Assembly (NCBI GenBank): GCA_964016885.1
Contig: OZ024745.1
Coordinates: 3,038,001-3,102,000 of the forward strand
Reading direction: 5' to 3'
DNA from: Eledone cirrhosa
Taxonomy: Eukaryota
DNA length: 64,000 nt
Made by a program: the position numbers and the translations under genes. Below are positions 35,401 to 50,400 of this stretch, piece after piece. Position 1 is the stretch's first letter, and each line of letters starts with the position of its first letter. The notes beneath the pieces are model-generated. The model saw nothing but the letters and a program-made list of their open reading frames with translations. It ran no database searches and was not told where the DNA came from.

Positions 35401-38400
35401 ATATATCTAGTTTAGAATAGGTACACTGTATCCCTGTGTGTTGTAAGACCATATATACCTAGTTTAGAATATGTACACTGTATCCCTGTATGTTGTAATA
35501 CCATGTATATCTAGTTTAGAATAGGTACACTGTATCCCTGTATGTTGTAATACAATGTATATCTAATTTAGAATAGGTACACTGTATCCCTGTATGTTGT
35601 AATGCCATGTATATCTAGTTTAGAATAGGTACACTGTATCGCTGTATGTTGTAATACCATGTATATCTATTTTAGAATAGGTACACTGTATCCCTGTATG
35701 TTGTAATATCATGTATATCTAGTTTAGAAGAGGTACACTGTATCCCTGTATGTCATAAGACCATGTATACCTAGTTTAGAATAGGTACACTGTATCCCTG
35801 TATGTTGTAATACCATGTATATCTAGTTTAGAATAGGTACACTGTATCCCTGTATGTTGTAATACCATGTATATCTAGTTTAGAATAGGTACAATGTATC
35901 CCTGTATGTTGTAATACCATGTATATCTAGTTTAGAATAGGTACACTGTATCGCTGTATGTTGTAATACCATGTATATCTAGTTTAGAATAGGTACACTG
36001 TATCCCTGTATGTTGTAATACCATGTATATCTAGTTTAGAAGAGGTACACTGTATCCCTGTATGTCATAAGACCATGTATACCTAGTTTAGAATAGGTAC
36101 ACTGTATCCCTGTATGTTGTAATACCATGTATATCTAGTTTAGAATAGGTACACTGTATCCCTGTATGTTGTAATACCATGTATATCTAGTTTAGAATAG
36201 GTACACTGTATCCCTGTATGTTGTAAGACCATGTATATCTAGTTTAAAATAGGTACACTGTATCCCTGTATGTTGTAATACCTTGTATATCTAGTTTAGA
36301 ATAGGTACACTCTATCGCTGTATGTTGTAATACCATATATACCTAGGTTAGAATAGGTACACTGTATCCCTGTATGTCATAATACCATGTATATCTAGTT
36401 TAGAATAGGTATACTGTATCCCTGTATGTTGTAATACCATATATACCTTGTTTAGGATAGGTGCACTGTATCCCTGTATGTCATAATACCATATATATCT
36501 AGTTTAGAATAGGTACACTGTATCCCTGTATGTTGTAGGACCATGTATATCTAGTTTAAAATAGGTACACTGTATCCATGTCTCATAATACCATATATAT
36601 CTAGTTTAGAATAGGTACACTGTATCCCTGTATGTTGTAATACCATATATACCTAGTTTAGGATAGGTACACTGTATCCCTGTATGTCATAAGACCATAT
36701 ATATCTAATTTAGAATAGGTACACTGTATCCCTGTATGTTGTAAGACCATATATATCAAGTTTAGAATAGGTACACTGTATCCCTGTATGTTGTAAGACC
36801 ATGTATACCTAGTTTAGGATAGATACACTGTATCCCTGTATGTTGTAATACCATATATATCTAGTTTAGAATAGGTACACTGTATCCCTGTACGTTGTAA
36901 TATCATGTATACCTAGTTTAGAATAGGTACACTGTATCCCTGTATGTTGTAATACCATGTATATCTAGTTTAGAATAGGTACACTGTATCCCTGTATGTT
37001 GTAATACCATGTATATCTAGTTTAGAATAGGTACACTGTATCCCTGTATGTTGTAATACCATGTATATCTAGTTTAGAATAGGTACACTGTATCCCTGTA
37101 TGTTGTAATACCATGTATATCTAGTTTAGAATAGGTACACTGTATCCCTGTATGTTGAAATACCATGTATATCTAGTTTAGAATAGGTACACTGTATCCA
37201 TGTCTCATAATACCATATATACCTAGTTTGGAATAGGTACACTGTATCCCTGTATGTTGTAATACCATATATACCTAGTTTAGAATAGGTACACTGTATC
37301 CCTGTATGTTGTAATACCATGTATACCTAGTTTAGAATAAGTACACTGTATCCCTGTATGTCATAATACCATATATATCTAGTTTAGAATAGGTACACTG
37401 TATCCCTGTATGTTGTAAGACCATGTATATCTAGTTTAAAATAGGTATACTGTATCCCTGTATGTTGTAATACCATGTATATCTAGTTTAGAATAGGTAC
37501 ACTGTATCCCTGTCTCATAATACCATATATACCTAGTTTGGAATAGGTACACTGTATCCCTGTATGTCATAATACCATATATATCTAGTTTAGAATAGGT
37601 ACACTGTATCCCTGTATGTTGTAATACCATGTATATCTAGTTTAGAATAGGTACACTGTATCCCTGTATGTTGTAATACCATGTATATCTAGTTTAAAAT
37701 AGGTACACTGTATCCCTGTCTCATAAAACCATATATACCTAGTTTGGAATAGGTACACTGTATCACTGTATGTTGTAATACCATGTGTATCTAGTTTAGA
37801 ATAGGTACACTGTATCCCTGTCTCATAATACCATATATACCTAGTTTGGAATAGGTACACTGTATCCCTGTATGTCATAATACCATATATATCTAGTTTA
37901 GAATAGGTACACTGTATCCCTGTATGTTGTAATACCATGTATATCTAGTTTAGAATAGGTTCACTGTATCCCTGTATGTAGTAATACCATGTATATCTAG
38001 TTTAGAATAGGTACACTGTATCCCTGTATGTTGTAATACCATGTATATCTAGTTTAGAATAGGTACACTGTATCCCTGTATGTTGTAATACCATGTATAT
38101 CTAGTTTACAATAGGTACACTGTATCCCTGTATGTTGTAATACCATGTATATCTAGTTTAGAATAGGTACACTGTATCCCTGTATTCTGTAATACCATGT
38201 ATATCTAGTTTAGAATAGGTACACTGTATCCATGTATGTTGTAATACCATGTATATCTAGTTTAGAATAGGTACACTGTATCCCTGTATGTTGTAATACC
38301 ATGTATATCTAGTTTAGAATAGGTACACTGTATCCCTGTATGTTGTAATACCATGTATATCTAGTTTAGAATAGGTACACTGTATCCCTGTATGTCATAA

Positions 38401-41400
38401 GACCATGTATACCTAGTTTAGAATAGGTACACTGTATCCCTGTATGTTGTAATACCATATATATCTAGTTTAGAATAGGTACACTGTATTCCTGTACGTT
38501 GTAATATCATGTATACCTAGTTTAGAATAGGTACACTGTATCCCTGTATGTTGTAATACCATGTATATCTAGTTTAGAATAGGTACACTGTATCCCTGTA
38601 TCTTGTAATACCATGTATATCTAGTTTAGAATAGGTACACTGTATCCCTGTATGTTGTAATACCATGTATATCTAGTTTAGAATAGGTACACTGTATCCC
38701 TGTATGTTGTAATACCATGTATATCTAGTTTAGAATAGGTACACTGTATCCCTGTGTGTTGAAATACCATGTATATCTAGTTTAGAATAGGTACACTGTA
38801 TCCATGTCTCATAATACCATATATACCTAGTTTGGAATAGGTACACTGTATCCCTGTATGTTGTAATACCATATATATCTAGTTTAGAATAGGTACACTG
38901 TATCCCTGTATGTTGTAATACCATGTATACCTAGTTTAGAATAAGTACACTGTATCCCTGTATGTCATAATACCATATATATCTAGTTTAGAATAGGTAC
39001 ACTCTATCCCTGTATGTTGTAAGACCATGTATATCTAGTTTAAAATAGGTATACTGTATCCCTGTATGTTGTAATACCATGTATATCTAGTTTAGAATAG
39101 GTACACTGTATCCCTGTCTCAGTATACCATATATACCTAGTTTGGAATAGGTACACTGTATCCCTGTATGTCATAATACCATATATATCTAGTTTAGAAT
39201 AGGTACACTGTATCCCTGTATGTTGTAATACCATGTATATCTAGTTTAGAATAGGTACACTGTATCCCTGTATGTTGTAATACCATGTATATCTAGTTTA
39301 GAATAGGTACACTGTATCCGTGTCTCATAAAACCATATATACCTAGTTTGGAATAGGTACACTGTATCCCTGTATGTTGTAATACCATGTGTATGTAGTT
39401 TAGAATAGGTACACTGTATCCCTGTCTCATAATACCATATATACCTTGTTTGGAATAGGTACACTGTATCCCTGTATGTCTTAATACCATATATATCTAG
39501 TTTAGAATAGGTACACTGTATCCCTGTATGTTGTAATACCATGTATATCTAGTTTAGAATAGGTACACTGTATCCCTGTATGTTGTAATACCATGTATAT
39601 CTAGTTTACAATAGGTACACTGTATCCCTGTATGTTGTAATACCATGTATATCTAGTTTAGAATAGGTACACTGTATCCCTGTATGTTGTAATACCATGT
39701 ATATCTAGTTTACAATAGGTACACTGTATCCCTTTATGTTGTAATACCATGTATATCTAGTTTAGAATAGGTACACTGTATCCCTGTATTCTGTAATACC
39801 ATGTATATCTAGTTTAGAATAGGTACACTGTATCCCTGTATGTTGTAATACCATGTATATCTAGTTTAGAATAGGTACACTGTATCCCTGTATGTTGTAA
39901 TACCATGTATATCTAGTTTAGAATAGGTACACTGTATCCCTGTATGTTGTAATACCATGTATATCTAGTTTAGAATAGGTACACTGTATCCCTGTATGTC
40001 ATAAGACCATGTATACCTAGTTTAGAATAGGTACACTGTATCCCTGTATGTTTTAATACCATGTATATCTAGTTTAGAAGAGGTACACTGTATCCCTGTA
40101 TGTTGTAATACCATGTATATCTAGTTTAGAATAGGTATACTGTATCCCTGTATGTTGTAAGACCATGTATATCTAGTTTAAAATAGGTACACTGTATCCC
40201 TGTATGTTGTAATACCTTGTATATCTAGTTTAGAATAGGTACACTGTATCCATGTATGTTGTAATACCATATATATCTAGTTTAGAATAGGTACACTGTA
40301 TCTCTGTATGTTGTAATACCATGTACATCTAGGTTAGAATAGGTACACTGTATCCCTGTATGTCATAATACCATGTATATCTAGTTTAGAATAGGTACAC
40401 TGTATCCCTGTATGTTGTAATACCATATATACCTAGTTTAGGATAGGTACACTGTATCCCTGTATGTCATAATACCATATATATATAGTTTAGAATAGGT
40501 ACACTGTATCCCTGTATGTTGTAATACCATGTGTATCTAGTTTAGAATAGGTACACTGTATCCCAGTATGTTGTAATACTATCTATATCTAGTTTAGAAT
40601 AGGTACACTGTATCCCTGTATGTTGTAATACCATGTATATCTAGTTTAGAATAGGTACACTGTATCCCTGTATGTTGTAATACCATGTGTATCGAATTTA
40701 GAATAGGTACACTGTATCACTGTATGTTGTAATACCATGCATATCTAGTTTAGAATAGGTACACTGTATCCCTGTATGTTGTAATACCATGTATATCTAG
40801 TTTAGAATAGGTACACTGTATCACTGTATGTTGTAATACTATGTATATCTGGTTTAGAATAGGTACACTGTATCCCTGTATGTTGTAATACCATATATAT
40901 CTAGTTTAGAATAGGTACACTGTATCCCTGTGTGTTGTAATACCATGTATATCTAGTTTAAAATAGGTACACTGTATCCCTGTATGTTGTAATACCATAT
41001 ATATCTAGTTTAGAATAGGTACACTGTATCCCTGTATGTTGTAATACCATGTATATCTAGTTTAGAATAGGTACACTGTATCCCTGTATGCTATAATACC
41101 ATGTATATCTAGTTTAGAATAGGTACACTGTATCGCTGTATGTTGTAATACCATATATACCTAGGTTAGAATAGGTACACTGTATCCCTGTATGTCATAA
41201 TACCATGTATATCTAGTTTAGAATAGGTACACTGTATCCCTGTATGTTGTAATACCATATATACCTAGTTTAGGATAGGTACACTGTATCCCTGTATGTC
41301 ATAATACCATATATATCTAGTTTAGAATAGGTACACTGTATCCCTGTATGTTGTAAGACCATGTATATCAAGTTTAAAATAGGTACACTGAATCCATGTC

Positions 41401-44400
41401 TCATAATACCATATATACCTAGTTTATAATAGGTACACCGTATCCCTGTATGTTGTAATACCATGTATACCTAGTTTAGAATAGGTACACTGTATCTCTG
41501 TATGTTGTAATAACATGTATATCTAGTTTAGAATAGGTACACTGTATCCCTGTATGTCATAATACCATATATATCTAGTTTAGAATAGGTACAGTGTATC
41601 CCTGTATGTTGTAATACCATATATATCTAGTTTAGAATAGGTACACTGTATCCCTGTATGTTGTAATACCATATATACCTAGTTTAGGATAGGTACACTG
41701 TATCCCTGTATGTCATAATACCATATATATCTAGTTTAGAATAGGTACACTGTATCCCTGTATGTTGTAATACCATATATACCTAGTTTAGAATAGGTAC
41801 ACTGTATCCCTGTATCTTGTAATACCATGTATATCTAGTTTAGAATAGGTACACTGTATCCCTGTATGTTGTAATACCATGTATATCTAGTTTAGAATAG
41901 GTACACTGTATCCCTGTATGTTGTAATACCATGTATATCTAGTTTAGAATAGGTACACTGTATCCCTGTATGTTGAAATACCATGTATATCTAGTTTAGA
42001 ATAGGTACACTGTATCCATGTCTCATAATACCATATATACCTAGTTTGGAATAGGTACACTGTATCCCTGTATGTTGTAATACCATATATACCTAGTTTA
42101 GAATAGGTACACTGTATCCCTGTATGTTGTAATACCATGTATACCTAGTTTAGAATAAGTACACTGTATCCCTGTATGTCATAATACCATATATATCTAG
42201 TTTAGAATAGGTACACTGTATCCCTGTATGTGGTAAGACCATGTATATCTAGTTTAAAATAAGTATACTGTATCCCTGTATGTTGTAATACCATCTATAT
42301 CTAGTTTAGAATAGGTACACTGTATCCCTGTCTCATTATACCATATATACCTAGTTTGGAATAGGTACACTGTATCCCTGTATGTCATAATACCATATAT
42401 ATCTAGTTTAGAATAGGTACACTGTATCCCTGTATGTTGTAATACCATGTATATCTAGTTTAGAATAGGTACACTGTATCCCTGTATGTTGTAATACCAT
42501 GTATATCTAGTTTAGAATAGGTACACTGTATCCGTGTCTCATAAAACCATATATACCTAGTTTGGAATAGGTACACTGTATCCCTGTATGTTGTAATACC
42601 ATGTGTATCTAGTTTAGAATAGGTACACTGTATCCCTGTCTCATAATACCATATATACCTAGTTTGGAATAGGTACACTGTATCCCTGTATGTCTTAATA
42701 CCATATATATCTAGTTTAGAATAGGTACACTGTATCCCTGTATGTTGTAATACCATGTATATCTAGTTTAGAATAGGTACACTGTATCCCTGTATGTTGT
42801 AATACCATGTATATCTAGTTTAGAATAGGTACACTGTATCCCTGTATGTTGTAATACCATGTATATCTAGTTTAGAATAGGTACACTGTATCCCTGTATG
42901 TTGTAATACCATGTATATCTAGTTTACAATAGGTACACTGTATCCCTGTATGTTGTAATACCATGTATATCTAGTTTAAAATAGGTACACTGTATCCCTG
43001 TATTCTGTAATACCATGTATATCTAGTTTAGAATAGGTACACTGTATCCCTGTATGTTGTAATACCATGTATATCTAGTTTAGAATAGGTACACTGTATC
43101 CCTCTATGTTGTAATACCATGTATATCTAGTTTAGAATAGGTACACTGTATCCCTGTATGTTGTAATACCATGTATATCTAGTTTAGAATAGGTACACTG
43201 TATCCCTGTATGTCATAAGACCATGTATACCTAGTTTAGAATAGGTACACTGTATCCCTGTATGTTGTAATACCATGTATATCTAGTTTAGAAGAGGTAC
43301 ACTGTATCCCTGTATGTTGTAATACCATGTATATCTAGTTTAGAATAGGTATACTGTATCCCTGTATGTTGTAAGACCATGTATATCTAGTTTAAAATAG
43401 GTACACTGTATCCCTGTATGTTGTAATACCTTGTATATCTAGTTTAGAATAGGTACACTGTATCCCTGTATGTTGTAATACCATATATATCTAGTTTAGA
43501 ATAGGTACACTGTATCTCTGTATGTTGTAATACCATGTACATCTAGGTTAGAATAGGTACACTGTATCCCTGTATGTCATAATACCATGTATATCTAGTT
43601 TAGAATAGGTACACTGTATCCCTGTATGTTGTAATACCATATATACCTAGTTTAGGATAGGTACACTGTATCCCTGTATGTCATAATACCATATATATCT
43701 AGTTTAGAATAGGTACACTGTATCCCTGTATGTTGTAATACCATGTGTATCTAGTTTAGAATAGGTACACTGTATCCCAGTATGTTGTAATACCATCTAT
43801 ATCTAGTTTAGAATAGGTACACTGTATCCCTGTATGTTGTAATACCATGTATATCTAGTTTAGAATAGGTACACTGTATCCCTGTATGTTGTAATACCAT
43901 GTGTATCGAATTTAGAATAGGTACACTGTATCACTGTATGTTGTAATACCATGCATATCTAGTTTAGAATAGGTACACTGTATCCCTGTATGTTGTAATA
44001 CCATGTATATCTAGTTTAGAATAGGTACACTGTATCACTGTATGTTGTAATACTATGTATATCTGGTTTAGAATAGGTACACTGTATCCCTGTATGTTGT
44101 AATACCATATATATCTAGTTTAGAATAGGTACACTGTATCCCTGTGTGTTGTAATACCATGTATATCTAGTTTAAAATAGGTACACTGTATCCCTGTATG
44201 TTGTAATACCATATATATCTAGTTTAGAATAGGTACACTGTATCCCTGTATGTTGTAATACCATGTATATCTAGTTTAGAATAGGTACACTGTATCCCTG
44301 TATGCTATAATACCATGTATATCTAGTTTAGAATAGGTACACTGTATCGCTGTATGTCATAATACCATATATACCTAGGTTAAAATAGGTACACTGTATC

Positions 44401-47400
44401 CCTGTATGTCATAATACCATGTATATCTAGTTTAGAATAGGTACACTGTATCCCTGTATGTTGTAATACCATATATACCTAGTTTAGGATAGGTACACTG
44501 TATCCCTGTATGTCATAATACCATATATATCTAGTTTAGAATAGGTACACTGTATCCCTGTATGTTGTAAGACCATGTATATCTAGTTTAAAATAGGTAC
44601 ACTGTATCCATGTCTCATAATACCATATATACCTAGTTTATAATAGGTACACCGTATCCCTGTATGTTGTAATACCATGTATACCTAGTTTGGAATAGGT
44701 ACACTGTATCCCTGTATGTTGTAATAACATGTATATCTAGTTTATAATAGGTACACTGTATCCCTGTATGTCATAATACCATATATATCTAGTTTAGAAT
44801 AGGTACAGTGTATCCCTGTATGTTGTAATACCATATATATCTAGTTTAGAATAGGTACACTGTATCCCTGTATGTTGTAATACCATATATACCTAGTTTA
44901 GAATAGGTACACTGTATCCCTGTATGTTGTAATACCATATATACCTAGTTTAGGATAGGTACACTGTATCCCTGTATGTCATAATACCATATATATCTAG
45001 TTTAGAATAGGTACACTGTATCCCTGTATGTTGTAATACCATATATACCTAGTTTAGAATAGGTACACTGTATCCCTGTATCTTGTAATACCATGTATAT
45101 CTAGTTTAGAATAGGTACACTGTATCCCTGTATGTTGTAATACCATGTATATCTAGTTTAGAATAGGTACACTGTATCCCTGTATGTTGTAATACCATGT
45201 ATATCTAGTTTAGAATAGGTACACTGTATCCCTGTATTTTGAAATACCATGTATATCTAGTTTAGAATAGGTACACTGTATCCATGTCTCATAATACCAT
45301 ATATACCTAGTTTGGAATAGGTACACTGTATCCCTGTATGTTGTAATACCATATATACCTAGTTTAGAATAGGTACACTGTATCCCTGTATGTTGTAATA
45401 CCATGTATACCTAGTTTAGAATAAGTACACTGTATCCCTGTATGTCATAATACCATATATATCTAGTTTAGAATAGGTACACTGTATCCCTGTATGTTGT
45501 AAGACCATGTATATCTAGTTTAAAATAAGTATACTGTATCCCTGTATGTTGTAATACCATGTATATCTAGTTTAGAATAGGTACACTGTATCCCTGTCTC
45601 ATTATACCATATATACCTAGTTTGGAATAGGTACACTGTATCCCTGTATGTCATAATACCATATATATCTAGTTTAGAATAGGTACACTGTATCCCTGTA
45701 TGTTGTAATACCATGTATATCTAGTTTAGAATAGGTACACTGTATCCCTGTATGTTGAAATACCATGTATATCTAGTTTAGAATAGGTACACTGTATCCG
45801 TGTCTCATAAAACCATATATACCTAGTTTGGAATAGGTACACTGTATCCCTGTATGTTGTAATACCATGTGTATCTAGTTTAGAATAGGTACACTGTATC
45901 CCTGTCTCATAATACCATATATACCTAGTTTGGAATAGGTACACTGTATCCCTGTATGTCTTAATACCATATATATCTAGTTTAGAATAGGTACACTGTA
46001 TCCCTGTATGTTGTAATACCATGTATATCTAGTTTAGAATAGGTACACTGTATCCCTGTATGTTGTAATACCATGTATATCTAGTTTAGAATAGGTACAC
46101 TGTATCCCTGTATGTTGTAATACCATGTATATCTAGTTTAGAATAGGTACACTGTATCCCTGTATGTTGTAATACCATGTATATCTAGTTTACAATAGGT
46201 ACACTGTATCCCTGTATGTTGTAATACCATGTATATCTAGTTTAGAATAGGTACACTGTATCCCTGTATTCTGTAATACCATGTATATCTAGTTTAGAAT
46301 AGGTACACTGTATCCCTGTATGTTGTAATACCATGTATATCTAGTTTAGAATAGGTACACTGTATCCCTCTATGTTGTAATACCATGTATATCTAGTTTA
46401 GAATAGGTACACTGTATCCCTGTATGTTGTAATACCATGTATATCTAGTTTAGAATAGGTACACTGTATCCCTGTATGTCATAAGACCATGTATACCTAG
46501 TTTAGAATAGGTACACTGTATCCCTGTATGTTGTAATACCATGTATATCTAGTTTAGAAGAGGTACACTGTATCCCTGTATGTTGTAATACCATGTATAT
46601 CTAGTTTAGAATAGGTATACTGTATCCCTGTATGTTGTAAGACCATGTATATCTAGTTTAAAATAGGTACACTGTATCCCTGTATGTTGTAATACCTTGT
46701 ATATCTAGTTTAGAATAGGTACACTGTATCCCTGTATGTTGTAATACCATATATATCTAGTTTAGAATAGGTACACTGTATCTCTGTATGTTGTAATACC
46801 ATGTACATCTAGGTTAGAATAGGTACACTGTATCCCTGTATGTCATAATACCATGTATATCTAGTTTAGAATAGGTACACTGTATCCCTGTATGTTGTAA
46901 TACCATATATACCTAGTTTAGGATAGGTACACTGTATCCCTGTATGTCATAATACCATATATATCTAGTTTAGAATAGGTACACTGTATCCCTGTATGTT
47001 GTAATACCATGTGTATCTAGTTTAGAATAGGTACACTGTATCCCAGTATGTTGTAATACCATCTATATCTAGTTTAGAATAGGTACACTGTATCCCTGTA
47101 TGTTGTAATACCATGTATATCTAGTTTAGAATAGGTACACTGTATCCCTGTATGTTGTAATACCATGTGTATCGAATTTAGAATAGGTACACTGTATCAC
47201 TGTATGTTGTAATACCATGCATATCTAGTTTAGAATAGGTACACTGTATCCCTGTATGTTGTAATACCATGTATATCTAGTTTAGAATAGGTACACTGTA
47301 TCACTGTATGTTGTAATACTATGTATATCTGGTTTAGAATAGGTACACTGTATCCCTGTATGTTGTAATACCATATATATCTAGTTTAGAATAGGTACAC

Positions 47401-50400
47401 TGTATCCCTGTGTGTTGTAATACCATGTATATCTAGTTTAAAATAGGTACACTGTATCCCTGTATGTTGTAATACCATATATATCTAGTTTAGAATAGGT
47501 ACACTGTATCCCTGTATGTTGTAATACCATGTATATCTAGTTTAGAATAGGTACACTGTATCCCTGTATGCTATAATACCATGTATATCTAGTTTAGAAT
47601 AGGTACACTGTATCGCTGTATGTCATAATACCATATATACCTAGGTTAGAATAGGTACACTGTATCCCTGTATGTTGTAATACCATATATACCTAGTTTA
47701 GGATAGGTACACTGTATCCCTGTATGTCATAATACCATATATATCTAGTTTAGAATAGGTACACTGTATCCCTGTATGTTGTAAGACCATGTATATCTAG
47801 TTTAAAATAGGTACACTGTATCCATGTCTCATAATACCATATATACCTAGTTTATAATAGGTACACCGTATCCCTGTATGTTGTAATACCATGTATACCT
47901 AGTTTGGAATAGGTACACTGTATCCCTGTATGTTGTAATAACATGTATATCTAGTTTATAATAGGTACACTGTATCCCTGTATGTCATAATACCATATAT
48001 ATCTAGTTTAGAATAGGTACAGTGTATCCCTGTATGTTGTAATACCATATATATCTAGTTTAGAATAGGTACACTGTATCCCTGTATGTTGTAATACCAT
48101 ATATACCTAGTTTAGAATAGGTACACTGTATCCCTGTATGTCATAATACCATATATATCTAGTTTAGAATAGGTACACTGTATCCCTGTATGTTGTAATA
48201 CCATATATACCTAGTTTAGAATAGGTACACTGTATCCCTGTATGTTGTAATACCATATATATCTAGTTTAGAATAGGTACACTGTATCCCTGTACGTTGT
48301 AATATCATGTATACCTAGTTTAGAATAGGTACACTGTATCACTGTATGTTGTAATACCATGTATATCTAGTTTAGAATAGGTACACTGTATCCCTGTATG
48401 TTGTAATACCATGTATATCTAGTTTAGAATAGGTACACTGTATCCCTGTATGTTGTAATACCATGTATATCTAGTTTAGAATAGGTACACTGTATCTCTG
48501 TATGTTGAAATACCATGTATATCTAGTTTAGAATAGGTACACTGTATCCATGTCTCATAATACCATATATACCTAGTTTGGAATAGGTACACTGTATCCC
48601 TGTATGTTGTAATACCATATATACCTAGTTTAGAATAGGTACACTGTATCCCTGTATGTTGTAATACCATGTATACCTAGTTTAGAATAGGTACACTGTA
48701 TCCCTGTATGTCATAATACCATATATATCTAGTTTAGAATAGGTACACTGTATCCCTGTATGTTGTAAGACCATGTATATCTAGTTCAAAATAGGTATAC
48801 TGTATCCCTGTATGTTGTAATACCATGTATATCTAGTTTAGAATAGGTACACTGTATCCCTGTATGTTGTAATACCATGTATATCTAGTTTAGAATAGGT
48901 ACACTGTATCACTGTATGTCATAATACCATGTATATGTAGTTTAGAATAGGTACAATGTATCCCTGTATGTTGCAATACCATATATATCTAGTTTAGAAT
49001 AGGTACACTGTATCCCTGTATGTTGTAATACCATGTATAGCTAGTTTAGAATAGGTACACTGTATCCCTGTATGCTGTAATACCATGTATATCTAGTTTA
49101 GAATAGGTACACTGTATCCCTATATGTTGTAATACCATGTATATCTAGTTTAGAATAGGTACACTGTATCCCTGTATGTTGTAATACCATGTATATCTAG
49201 TTTACAATAGGTACACTGTATCCCTGTATGTTGTAATACCATGTATATCTAGTTTAGAATAGGTACACTGTATCCCTGTATTCTGTAATACCATGTATAT
49301 CTAGTTTAGAATAGGTACACTGTATCCCTGTATGTTGTAATACCATGTATATCTAGTTTATAATAGGTACACTGTATCCCTGTATGTTGTAATACCATGT
49401 ATATCTAGTTTAGAATAGGTACACTGTATCCCTGTATGTTATAATACCATGTATATCTAGTTTAGAATAGGTACACTGTATCCCTGTATGTCATAAGACC
49501 ATGTATACCTAGTTTAGAATAGGTACACTGTATCCCTGTATGTTGTAATACCATGTATATCTAGTTTAGAAGAGGTACACTGTATCCCTGTATGTTGTAA
49601 TACCATGTATATCTAGTTTAGAATAGGTATACTGTATCCCTGTATGTTGTAAGACCATGTATATCTAGTTTAAAATAGGTACACTGTATCCCTGTATGTT
49701 GTAATACCTTGTATATCTAGTTTAGAATAGGTACACTGTATCCCTGTATGTTGTAATACCATATATATCTAGTTTAGAATAGGTACACTGTATCTCTGTA
49801 TGTTGTAATACCATGTACATCTAGGTTAGAATAGGTACACTGTATCCCTGTATGTCATAATACCATGTATATCTAGTTTAGAATAGGTACACTGTATCCC
49901 TGTATGTTGTAATACCATATATACCTAGTTTAGGATAGGTACACTGTATCCCTGTATGTCATAATACCATATATATCTAGTTTAGAATAGGTACACTGTA
50001 TCCCTGTATGTTGTAATACCATGTGTATCTAGTTTAGAATAGGTACACTGTATCCCAGTATGTTGTAATACCATCTATATCTAGTTTAGAATAGGTACAC
50101 TGTATCCCTGTATGTTGTAATACCATGTATATCTAGTTTAGAATAGGTAGACTGTATCCCTGTATGTTGTAATACCATGTGTATCGAATTTAGAATAGGT
50201 ACACTGTATCACTGTATGTTGTAATACCATGCATATCTAGTTTAGAATAGGTACACTGTATCCCTGTATGTTGTAATACCATGTATATCTAGTTTAGAAT
50301 AGGTACACTGTATCACTGTATGTTGTAATACTATGTATATCTGGTTTAGAATAGGTACACTGTATCCCTGTATGTTGTAATACCATATATATCTAGTTTA